Below are positions 1-10,138 of a DNA stretch of 64,000 bases, one piece after another. Source of the DNA: Deltaproteobacteria bacterium (GTDB taxonomy: Bacteria; Myxococcota; Kuafuiibacteriia; Kuafuiibacteriales; Kuafuiibacteriaceae). The DNA lies in NCBI GenBank assembly GCA_040218735.1, contig JAVJQW010000021.1, positions 91,629-155,628 on the forward strand. The letters are read 5' to 3'. How positions within the stretch are numbered: the stretch's first letter is position 1; the number at the start of each line of letters is the position of its first letter. The notes beneath the pieces were generated by a model that saw nothing but the letters and a program-made list of their open reading frames with translations, did no database searches and had not been told where the DNA came from. Position numbers and translations under genes: made by a program.

Positions 1-155
1 CTGCCGCTCACGCTCGCGGAGTTCTGTCTGGCGCCGGCGCGCCGGTACCACGTCCGCCGTGAGACGAAGGGGAAGACCGAGATCTACCACCTGTCGGATC
101 GGCCGTTCGACACGAAGCGGCCCGCCACGCCGTACTACGCGAGCTGGACCCACTG
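1..155 (+). CDS. 3' end of an upstream CDS, partial (hypothetical protein)
   Basis: Frame-3 reading of bases 3-155 gives a non-Arg-biased peptide ...LAEFCLAPARRYHVRRETKGKTEIYHLSDRPFDTKRPATPYYASWTH ending at TGA 153-155. The frame stays open to the window edge and is too short for the ORF track. Confidence 0.3.
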
Positions 156-191
156 ACCGTCACGTCCGGCCGACCGTGTTAAAGAGCAGCG

Positions 192-1391
192 ATGGCTGCG
201 AACCAAGTGCGCTGCGCGGGGGACCTCGAGCTCCTCGACAAGCTGAAGACCAACCGCGACATCGCGAGGGTCATCGAGCGCCTCGACGAGGACGAGACGC
301 CCCGCGGTGTGCGCGCGCGTCTGCTCGGGACGTCCGTGCGCATCACGGAGGCGATGTCGCCGGAGCTGCTCTACATCGCGGCGCATTGTCGCGACGTCCT
401 CGACGTCGACGCACAGCTCGAGACGTTTGTCTTCCCGTCGGCGACCTTCAACGCCGCGGCGGTGAAGCCGGAGGACGGGCGGCTGTTCGTGTTGTTCTCT
501 TCGAGCCTGCTCGAGTCGTTCGAGCCCGCCGAGATCGAGTTCGTGATGGGCCACGAGCTCGGCCATCACCTCTTCCAGCACCACGACATGCCGATCGGTG
601 CGCTCGTGAACGGGCAGGTCGATCTCGATCCCGCGACCGTGCTCTCCCTGTTCGCTTGGTCGCGCTACGCGGAGATCTCCGCGGATCGCGCCGGCCTCGC
701 GTGTGTCCGCAAGATGGAGCCGGTCGCTTCGGCGTTCTTCAAGCTGGCGTCGGGCCTCTCCAACGGCGCCGTGAAGATGCTGCCGGAGCTGTTCGTCGAG
801 CAGCTCGGTGACATGCGCGAGGAGCTTCACCGCGGGCGAAGCGCGGAGGGGGTCGTCCGCGCCGACTGGTTCTCGACGCACCCCTTCAGCCCGTTGCGCA
901 TCCGCGCCGCGAAGGCGTTCGCGGAGTCGACCTACTTCGGTGGCGCGCGGCCGATCGATGACGTCGAAGGCGAGGTCAACGACCTTATGGCGTTGATGGA
1001 GCCGAGTTACCTGGAGGAGACGTCCCCCGAGGCGGAGATGATGCGTCGTCTCCTCTTCACGGGCGGCGTCGTCGTCGCGGCCGCCGCCAACGGGATCTCC
1101 GACGCGGAGCGCGCCGCGCTGGAGAAGCTCCTCGGCGAGGGGCGGCTCGGTACACGTGAGCTCGACGTCGAAGCGATCTCCGCGGACCTCGAGCGGCGTG
1201 CGCGTGACGTCTCGGAGGAGGTCCCGTTCCTGAGGCGTGTCCAGGTCATCCGCGACCTGTGTCTGATCGCGCTCGCGGATCACCGCGTCGAAGAGGCGGA
1301 GCGCGCCGCGCTCTATCGGATCGCGGAGCTCGTCGGCGTTCAGCGCGACTCCGTGGACCGTGCGCTCGACAACCCACCCGAGCTGGACTGA
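192..1391 (+). CDS. M48-family zinc metallopeptidase with a C-terminal TerB-like domain
   Basis: ATG at 192. Contains the HExxH motif (FVMGHELGHHLF) typical of M48/HtpX-like peptidases. The C-terminal 120 aa resemble a tellurite-resistance TerB-like helical domain (DAERAALEKLL..., HRVEEAERAALYRIAELVG). Codon usage is clean. Confidence 0.8.
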   Translation: MAANQVRCAGDLELLDKLKTNRDIARVIERLDEDETPRGVRARLLGTSVRITEAMSPELLYIAAHCRDVLDVDAQLETFVFPSATFNAAAVKPEDGRLFVLFSSSLLESFEPAEIEFVMGHELGHHLFQHHDMPIGALVNGQVDLDPATVLSLFAWSRYAEISADRAGLACVRKMEPVASAFFKLASGLSNGAVKMLPELFVEQLGDMREELHRGRSAEGVVRADWFSTHPFSPLRIRAAKAFAESTYFGGARPIDDVEGEVNDLMALMEPSYLEETSPEAEMMRRLLFTGGVVVAAAANGISDAERAALEKLLGEGRLGTRELDVEAISADLERRARDVSEEVPFLRRVQVIRDLCLIALADHRVEEAERAALYRIAELVGVQRDSVDRALDNPPELD

Positions 1392-1451
1392 CTTCACACT
1401 TCTTCATGCGTGCCCAGCGCTGCGTTCGAGGTCGGACGCGACGATGCACAC

Positions 1452-1877
1452 ATGAAGAAACAACACCTCGCCTTCGTCGCTGCATCGTTCTTCCTCCTCA
1501 CCGGCTTCCACGGAGGTTGCGGCACCCGCGATCCCGCGAAGCGCGCCGAGCGCGCGCAGCGCATGGCGCGCTCGCACGTGGAGGACCTCCTCGAGGACGT
1601 GGACGCCGACGCGACGCAGACCCAACGGATCCTCGGGCACACCGACGCGATGACGAAGCAGGCGCTCGTGCTCCACCAAGAGCATCAGACGACGAAGGCG
1701 CTCCTGCACGAGCAGTGGAAGTCGCCGAAGCCGGACGCCGCGCTCATCCACCGCACGATCGACGAGCGCACCGAGGGCGTCCGGAAGTTCCTGCACGCGC
1801 TCGCCGACGCGGTGATCGATACACACCAGACGCTGACGCCGGAGCAGCGCGAAGAGGTGTACGACGAGCTCCACTGA
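1452..1877 (+). CDS. Periplasmic LTXXQ-motif protein (Spy/CpxP-like stress chaperone family)
   Basis: Start MKKQHLAFVAASFFLLTGFHGGCG, a signal-peptide or lipoprotein-like N-terminus. The C-terminus carries LTPEQREEV, an LTXXQ motif, in a helical protein of about 140 aa. An alternative ATG exists at 1410. Confidence 0.55.
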   Translation: MKKQHLAFVAASFFLLTGFHGGCGTRDPAKRAERAQRMARSHVEDLLEDVDADATQTQRILGHTDAMTKQALVLHQEHQTTKALLHEQWKSPKPDAALIHRTIDERTEGVRKFLHALADAVIDTHQTLTPEQREEVYDELH

Positions 1878-1948
1878 TCCTGGGCGGTTACGTTTGCGCG
1901 AAGTACCCGGGTACGAAAACACCTCGATATCTGGGTACCGTGCACGTC

Positions 1949-4900
1949 ATGCGCACGCTCACCCGCTCGATTTTGCCCCTGTGCCTCGTCCTGTCCGCGT
2001 GCTCCGGCGACGACGACGGCGGTGACGACGTCACCCCCGCCGCGCTGGAGTTCGTGACCCTCGCGGACCTCCCCGGCGGCACGGTCGGCGAGGCCTACAA
2101 CACGACGCTCAACGTCCGCGGCGGCGACGGCACGTACACCTTCGCGCTCGTCAACGGCGCGTTCCCCGCGGGCCTCGACCTCACCGGCGCCACCGTCGGC
2201 GGCACCCCGACGATGGCCGAGACCGCGACGTTCCGCGTCGAAGCTTCGGACGGCTCCGGCCAGACGACGACGCGCGACTTCACGCTCACGATCGAAGCCG
2301 GCGCGAACACGCCCACGATCGTCACCGCGATGCTCCCCGGTGGCACCGTGGGCACGACGTACGACGCGACGATCACCGCGTCGGGCGGCGACGGGACGTA
2401 CACCTGGTCGGCGACTCCGGCCGACCTCCCGCCGGGGCTGACGTTGGGGACCGACGGTTCGCCGAGCACGACGCTCTCGGGCACACCGATCACGGAAGGC
2501 ACGTACACCTTCGACGTCCGCGTCACGGACGGCGCGGGTGAGAGCTCGAGCACGAGCTTCACCGTCACCGTGAACGCGATGCCGCTCCCGCTCCAGATCG
2601 ACACGATGACGCTCCCGGCTGCGGTGGTCGGCGAGGTGTACTCCGCGGACATCTTGGCCTCGAACGGTTCGCAGGCCGGGTACACGTGGGCCGTCACCGT
2701 CGGCGCATTGCCGCCCGGGTTGGTGCTCCGCGCGGACGCCACGCCGATGACCACGATCTCCGGGACGCCGACGATGGGCGGCACCTTCACCGCGACGATC
2801 TCCGTCTCCGACAGCGCGGGGGGCTCCGCGATCCGCGGCTTCACGATCGACGTCACCTACCCGCCGCTCGCGATCGCGCCCGCGAACCTCCCCAACGCCA
2901 CCCTCGGCGCGACTTACACCTCGACGCTCACCGCGTCCGGCGGCACCGGCACGGGTTACAGCTGGGCGATCACGGCGGGCGCCCTCCCGGCGGGCATGAA
3001 CCTCGTCGACGGCGGCGCGACCGCGACGATCGAAGGGGCTCCGACCGCGTTGGGGACATCGACGTTCACCGTCGAGCTCTCCGACGACGCGGGCGCCACC
3101 ACGACGATCGACTACACCGTCGAAGTGTTCCCGCCGCTCGCGATCGACACGCCGAGCCTCGCGCAGGTCGAGTCCGGCACGGCGTACACCGCCGCGATCA
3201 CGGCGTCCGGTGGCACGGGCGTCGGCTACGCGTGGTCGATCACCAACGGCGCGCTCCCGGCGGGCCTGACGCTCGCGCCGACCGGCACCCCCTCCACGAT
3301 GATCACCGGAACCAGCACCGCGATCGGCACCTACGACTTCACGGTGGGCGTGACGGACTCCGAGGGCCGCGTCGCCACGGCGACGTTCCGCCTCGTGGTC
3401 GCGCCGCCGATCGCGATCGTCACTGCAGCCATCGCCAGTCGTCCCATCTGCACGGCGACCACGGCTGCCGTCAGCGTGGTCGGTGGGATCCCACCGTTTG
3501 CTTGGACGACCGCAGGGACCCTCCCGGCCGGGCTGCAGGTCCAGACCTCGACCCAGGCGACGATCTTCGTCACGGGGCGCGGCACGACGCCCGGCACGCA
3601 GTCCGTGACCTTCGACGTCACCGACAGCACAGGCGCCACCGCCTCACGAACGTACGCCGTGACCGTAACGGACGATCCGGGAGCCCAACGCCTCCTGCTC
3701 GCGGTCGGCGACCTCCTCGTCGACAACGACACGAGTGTGTTCTTGTTCGACGTCTGCGGCGACACCCCCGGTGCGCCGGTGCAGCTCAACCCGAGCGCCC
3801 CCGGCGTGGCGGACGCGTCGACGGCGAACGACGACGCGGCGTTCTCTCCGGACGGGACGAAGGTGGCGTTCATCGGGGACTTCGCGAACGACACCAACCT
3901 CGACCTGTGGGTCGTCGACCTCACGGCGTCGCCGCTCTCGGCGGTCAACCTCACGTCCTACACGGCGCCGGGCGCGACGGTGCAGGACCTGAGGTGGGCA
4001 CCCAACTCCAGCTACCTCGCGTTCACCGCCGACCCGAACCTCTCCGGGAGCGACCAGCTGTTCTTCGTCGATGTCACGACGCCGAGCACCCCCGGCGCCC
4101 CCGTCCTGATCGGCGGAGCGACGCCGCCGCTCGACACGGGGCGCGACGTCTCCGACAGCGACTTCTTCTGGGCGCCGGACAGCTCGGGGATCGTCTTCCA
4201 CGGCGACCTCGACCTCGGCGGCGTGAACGAGCTGTACTACGCCAACACCGCCAACGCGGCCGCGCCGGTACCCGGCGTGAAGATCCACGCGCCGCTGACG
4301 GGGACTCAAGACTGCGAAGACGATGTCCTCTGGGCGCCCGACGCCTCGGGGGTGCTGTTCCGCTGCGACATCGTGACCGCGGACCAGGACGAGCTGTGGT
4401 TTGCGAGCTTTACGGGCGGCGCGCCGACGACGACGCGCGTGAACAACCTCGGCTACGGGGCCGACAACGACGTCGGGTTCAGCGACTACGCATTCAACGC
4501 CCAGAGCACCGCGCTGTTCTACATCGCAGACGAGACCATCAACGGCTCCGAGGAGCTGTGGCTGGTCCGCGTCGTCGCCGGCGTGCTCCAGGCTCCGCAG
4601 CGCATCCTGCCGGCGCTGACCGCGGGTCTAAGCGTGAGCTACGCGGCGTGGGATCCGTCCGGCACCCGCATCGCGTTTCGCGCCGACATCGACGCCGACG
4701 ACGTCTTCGACCTCTACATCGCGGACGTGAGCGCGACGATCCCCGTCCTCCCCACGCGGGTCAGCAACATGCCGGCGACGGGCGACCTCGACGCGTCGTC
4801 GACGCCGGGCTTCGGCTTCGCGTGGTCGAACGACGGCACCCGGATCGCGTTCGTGGGGGACCAGGACCTCGACGGCGTGGACATGGCGTACGTCGCCGAC

Positions 4901-5317
4901 GTGTCGGTGCCGCCGCCGTACACGAGCCGGTCGATCAGCCCGATGACGACGGACGGCGACTTCGACGTCTCCCAGGTCTACTGGAGTCCCGACGATTCGT
5001 GGATCGCGTTCCGCGGCGACTTCATGGTGGACGGCGCGTTCGATCTGTACGTCACGAACGTCTCGGGCGCCGGCCCCTACGTTCCGCAGATGGTGAACTC
5101 CGTGCTCCCGACCTCCGGCGACGTCTCGGGCGGCGCGGGCGCCTTCGAGTGGCGCGCCGACAGCCGTGGGGTCTTCTTCGAGTCGGACATGATCGTGAAC
5201 AACGACACCGAGTTCTGGATGTCCGACCTGTCCTCGGGCGCGCCGACGCTGCCGTTGCGCGTACATCCGATGCTGCCGACCAGCGCGGACGGAGCGTTCT
5301 TCTACCTGAATCCGTAG
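1949..5317 (+). CDS. Large lipoprotein with about 9 tandem Ig-like (He_PIG-type) domains followed by a PD40/TolB-like beta-propeller
   Basis: ATG at 1949 gives MRTLTRSILPLCLVLSACSG, a signal peptide with an LSAC lipobox. About 9 units of roughly 95 aa repeat the pattern LPxGTVGxxYxxxxxAsGGxGtYtwsxxxGaLPxGLxL. The C-terminal half has repeated W(A/S)PDxSxIAFxGD blades of PD40/TolB type. The long upstream extension in the ORF track (from 1259) is Arg-rich and non-coding-like. Confidence 0.85.
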   Translation: MRTLTRSILPLCLVLSACSGDDDGGDDVTPAALEFVTLADLPGGTVGEAYNTTLNVRGGDGTYTFALVNGAFPAGLDLTGATVGGTPTMAETATFRVEASDGSGQTTTRDFTLTIEAGANTPTIVTAMLPGGTVGTTYDATITASGGDGTYTWSATPADLPPGLTLGTDGSPSTTLSGTPITEGTYTFDVRVTDGAGESSSTSFTVTVNAMPLPLQIDTMTLPAAVVGEVYSADILASNGSQAGYTWAVTVGALPPGLVLRADATPMTTISGTPTMGGTFTATISVSDSAGGSAIRGFTIDVTYPPLAIAPANLPNATLGATYTSTLTASGGTGTGYSWAITAGALPAGMNLVDGGATATIEGAPTALGTSTFTVELSDDAGATTTIDYTVEVFPPLAIDTPSLAQVESGTAYTAAITASGGTGVGYAWSITNGALPAGLTLAPTGTPSTMITGTSTAIGTYDFTVGVTDSEGRVATATFRLVVAPPIAIVTAAIASRPICTATTAAVSVVGGIPPFAWTTAGTLPAGLQVQTSTQATIFVTGRGTTPGTQSVTFDVTDSTGATASRTYAVTVTDDPGAQRLLLAVGDLLVDNDTSVFLFDVCGDTPGAPVQLNPSAPGVADASTANDDAAFSPDGTKVAFIGDFANDTNLDLWVVDLTASPLSAVNLTSYTAPGATVQDLRWAPNSSYLAFTADPNLSGSDQLFFVDVTTPSTPGAPVLIGGATPPLDTGRDVSDSDFFWAPDSSGIVFHGDLDLGGVNELYYANTANAAAPVPGVKIHAPLTGTQDCEDDVLWAPDASGVLFRCDIVTADQDELWFASFTGGAPTTTRVNNLGYGADNDVGFSDYAFNAQSTALFYIADETINGSEELWLVRVVAGVLQAPQRILPALTAGLSVSYAAWDPSGTRIAFRADIDADDVFDLYIADVSATIPVLPTRVSNMPATGDLDASSTPGFGFAWSNDGTRIAFVGDQDLDGVDMAYVADVSVPPPYTSRSISPMTTDGDFDVSQVYWSPDDSWIAFRGDFMVDGAFDLYVTNVSGAGPYVPQMVNSVLPTSGDVSGGAGAFEWRADSRGVFFESDMIVNNDTEFWMSDLSSGAPTLPLRVHPMLPTSADGAFFYLNP

Positions 5318-5320
5318 GGG

Positions 5321-5992
5321 TCAGTCGGCGAGGGTGTCCCGAATCGCGTTCTTGAAGCCGGCTTCCGAGAACGCCTGGCGGAACGAGATTCGGGAGCCTT
5401 CTTCGAGCACGAAGTGCACGTGCCGGTTCGCGAGGCCCACGCTACGCAGCTGCGTGTCGCGGTCGTACAGCACGGTCACGTCCGGCATCATGTTCTGGAT
5501 CTGCTGACACAGCGCCTGGTCCGGTGCGCCGGACCGGCTGTTCTGCCAGATCACGAAGTACGGCTCGAAGTCTTCTTGCAGGAACTCCTGCATCTCTGAG
5601 TTCACCACCCGGGCGAACGCACGACAGCTCCCTCACCAATCGGCGTACACGAAGTAGTACGCCGCCTTACGTTCGCAGGGGTCTTGGAGGTTGTGCATGT
5701 TTCCGGCGCAGTCGGGGAGCGCCAGGTCCGGGAAGATCGCGCCGACGTTCGTGCCGGTCGTGTCGCTCGGGGGACAGAGCGCGTTCGCGACGCCGCCGTC
5801 GCGGAAGCCGCCGTCACGCCCGCCGGCTTCTTCGCCGCCGTCCCGGAAGCCGCCGTCGCGGCCCAGCGCCGTCGACCCGGCGTCGCGGGGCGCTTCGACG
5901 TTTTCGTCGTCACCCCCTCCGGTCCCGCACGCGAACGCCAGCGTGAACAACGCGGGGAACGCCAAGGGTTTGAATTGTTCGAGCTGCACCAC
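5321..5992 (-). CDS. TlpA/ResA-like thiol:disulfide oxidoreductase lipoprotein with an in-frame TGA at the first Cys of WCxxC (candidate selenoprotein, motif W-U-G-S-C; alternatively a nonsense pseudogene)
   Basis: Two minus-strand ORFs, 5633..5992 and 5321..5608, are in the same frame and separated only by TGA (complement of 5633-5635). The joined sequence reads ...IFPDLALPDCAGNMHNLQDPCERKAAYYFVYADW-[TGA]-GSCRAFARVVNSEMQEFLQ...HFVLEEGSRISFRQAFSEAGFKNAIRDTL. This aligns to the redoxin/TlpA pattern F-x-L-x-D..G......vLvnFWAsWC-x-x-C. The N-terminus MVQLEQFKPLAFPALFTLAFACG is a lipoprotein signal. The second half has no independent ATG or RBS; its first codon is GTG. Confidence 0.6.
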
Positions 5993-6078
5993 CGCCTCCT
6001 ACGTGCGCTACCGACCGAAGTTACGCGCAGATCGTGCGGCGCCCGCCGCCCGCTGACAAGCGGCGGTTGTCGGTAGGG

Positions 6079-8148
<2,070 letters not shown>

Positions 8149-8233
8149 CGCGACCCCACGCTAGCGGTCGGGGCCCGAGCGACCAAGCGACATCGCCGCG
8201 AAAATCGTTGCGAAGAAGGACGGGGCGTCGGCG

Positions 8234-9388
8234 TCAGCGGTTCACGCCGTTGTAGTTGGCGAGCGAGTCCCAATGCGACACGTCGATCCCCTCGGCGATC
8301 GCGGCGTTTCGCATGCGGTCGTAGGCGATCGCGTCGGACCAGTTCCGCGGGTTCGCGCGGTCGAGGACGTTCACGATCTTCGTCGACCCGTAACCGTAGT
8401 TGGTGTGCAGGTCCCAGAAGAAGCGAAGCCAGTCGAGCTCGGTGGCGCGGTCGGTGGTCGGGGCACCGCAGTAGGTCCCGAGATAGTCGGCCCCACCCTC
8501 GCAGTCGCGGACCTGCGGGAACTCGGCCCAGCCATCCTTGTTGTAGTCGATGAGATCGTAGTCGAAGATCTCGCAGCTGCTCTCGCCGCTGTCGTTGAAG
8601 ACGGCGGCCGAGTAGAAGTGCGCATACCCGTTGACGATCGCGACGGACTGGTACTCGCGACTCACGAGGTCGTGGAGTGTGTTGCCCCACTCGTCGCAGG
8701 CACCTCCGTAGGATGCGAAGTTGTAGATGGGGCTCGCGAACTCGTCACGCTTGTACGCGACCAGGTGACCCACCTCGTGCGCGATTCGAAACTTCCGGTC
8801 CGTGTCGCCCGAAGACGTGTAGACGTTGCCGTTGTGGACACACATGTCGGAGGCGACCGGGCACGCGGCGTCGAAGATGGCGAACGCCTGGTTCCAGTGC
8901 CCCCCGTTCTCTCTTTCGATCGCGTACCCGGCGGCCGCCAACACGTTGACCCAGTCTTCGCCGTGGCCGCTCGTGGGGTTCTCGATGACGAGCTCGTAGG
9001 ACCCGTTGCCGATAGGCCTGAAGATCGGTGCGACCAGCTGGTCGTAGAGCCCGCCCCCGGCGTTGAACCGGTAGACGATGTTCTCGTGCGAGGTCTGCAC
9101 GACGCTGAGGACCCGAACCTTGTAGTTCTGGTCGTACATCTCGAGCGCACCCGTACAGCCCGTCTCGGGATCGGTCAGGCCCCCGTGGACCACGTTCCAG
9201 GCGTTGTCGAGGACGTGGTACAGGATGCCCCGCGCGGGTTTGGGCGCGGTCGAGTTCCACCAGTCGCCGCCATCGCGGTCGGCGTAGTCCACTTCGAACT
9301 TCAAGCAGATGTCGACGTTCCACGCGGAGGCGGTGGCGGGGGTCGCGAAGATGCCTGCGACGAGCAGCGCGGCCAGGGTGAGTCTCAT
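8234..9388 (-). CDS. Secreted hypothetical protein with an HExxH motif (putative zinc metalloprotease)
   Basis: Signal peptide MRLTLAALLVAGIFATPATASA. Contains HEVGH (FRIAHEVGHLVAY). Rich in Cys, Trp and Asn. Its ATG overlaps the stop of the upstream gene by 4 nt (ATGA). Confidence 0.7.
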   Translation of the reverse strand: MRLTLAALLVAGIFATPATASAWNVDICLKFEVDYADRDGGDWWNSTAPKPARGILYHVLDNAWNVVHGGLTDPETGCTGALEMYDQNYKVRVLSVVQTSHENIVYRFNAGGGLYDQLVAPIFRPIGNGSYELVIENPTSGHGEDWVNVLAAAGYAIERENGGHWNQAFAIFDAACPVASDMCVHNGNVYTSSGDTDRKFRIAHEVGHLVAYKRDEFASPIYNFASYGGACDEWGNTLHDLVSREYQSVAIVNGYAHFYSAAVFNDSGESSCEIFDYDLIDYNKDGWAEFPQVRDCEGGADYLGTYCGAPTTDRATELDWLRFFWDLHTNYGYGSTKIVNVLDRANPRNWSDAIAYDRMRNAAIAEGIDVSHWDSLANYNGVNR

Positions 9389-10050
9389 CGTGCTTCTCCT
9401 TCGGCCGGCGTGAACCGGTAGATGCCCGAGCCGATCCGCAGCGGGTGTTCGTTCGATCGATTGGGGTCTTGGAGTTGCGCGCCGTAGCGCGCGCGAATCA
9501 CGTCGTTGGTCAGGCCGTCGGCGTAGTCGGCCGCGAAGGTCTCGTGGCAGAAGACTCGGTTCGAACCCTCCGCCGACACCGCGAGGTAGCGCCCGGGGAG
9601 TCGTTTGCGATGGACCACCCGACCGTCGTCGTCGAGGAGGCTTACCGAGGTGAGGATCCGCGTGACGTGATCGCGTTGTTTCGCGTGCATCCTGAACGCG
9701 GGGCGTAGGTCGAGCGCGGCCTCTCTCACCTCACCCGCCGCGAGCGCGTACCGCGACTCGGTGAGGACGACCTCGAGCACACCGATGCGTGCGCGGGACT
9801 CGACGAGGACCGTGGCGGCGCGATCACTCGGTGCGCGGATCGCGACCGTGACGATTGGACTCGTTCCGTCGCTCGCGATCGTCGCCTCTCCGCCGCCGAT
9901 CCACGCCGCAGGTTGCCCGAGCTCTTCGAGTTCGTACGCAGGACGCGAGGCTTCGTCGTTCGGATCGTCGAGGGGTTCTCGATCCTCGACCGATCCGACC
10001 GAGCACGCCGTCGCTGCGCTCAGCAATAGGAAGTACTTGATTGGAGTCAT
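9385..10050 (-). CDS. Hypothetical lipoprotein or secreted protein
   Basis: Real start is at MTPIKYFLLLSAATACS (ATG as the complement of 10048-10050), which is signal-peptide-like with a Cys. The upstream part of the 352-aa track ORF is Arg-rich junk. The gene is translationally coupled to the downstream metalloprotease-like gene. Confidence 0.65.
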   Translation of the reverse strand: MTPIKYFLLLSAATACSVGSVEDREPLDDPNDEASRPAYELEELGQPAAWIGGGEATIASDGTSPIVTVAIRAPSDRAATVLVESRARIGVLEVVLTESRYALAAGEVREAALDLRPAFRMHAKQRDHVTRILTSVSLLDDDGRVVHRKRLPGRYLAVSAEGSNRVFCHETFAADYADGLTNDVIRARYGAQLQDPNRSNEHPLRIGSGIYRFTPAEGEAR

Positions 10051-10099
10051 GCCCAGGGCAGTGGCCGCGGGCGCAGCATCTCTTCGAAAAAATCCGCGC

Positions 10100-10131
10100 G
10101 AGAGCGGGGGCGTCGAAACGCCCCCGCTCTC
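10100..10131 (-). terminator. Hairpin terminator downstream of the Cys-rich secreted protein gene
   Basis: Perfect 13-bp inverted repeat GAGAGCGGGGGCG / loop TCGAAA / CGCCCCCGCTCTC, 8 nt after the stop at 10139. On the transcribed (minus) strand it is followed, after a 7-nt spacer, by UUUUUU (the complement of AAAAAA at 10087-10092). Confidence 0.5.
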
Positions 10132-10138
10132 GGACACG

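Noticed and set aside
59-811. 250-aa plus-strand ORF, extremely Arg/Pro/Gly-rich
   Set aside because: It overlaps the well-supported M48 peptidase gene in another frame. The composition is typical of off-frame translation in a 70% GC genome, and it contains no motif.
2686-5355. 889-aa alternative-frame ORF inside the Ig-repeat lipoprotein gene
   Set aside because: It is an Arg/His-rich shadow frame of a well-supported CDS.
5577-5592. Possible SECIS hairpin (TGCAGG-AACT-CCTGCA on the plus strand; UGCAGG-AGUU-CCUGCA on the mRNA)
   Set aside because: It is not rejected outright, but I do not call it as a feature. It lies about 40 nt 3' of the UGA, farther than the classical fdhF SECIS, and I cannot verify the loop requirements by eye. 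It is left as supporting context for the selenoprotein hypothesis.
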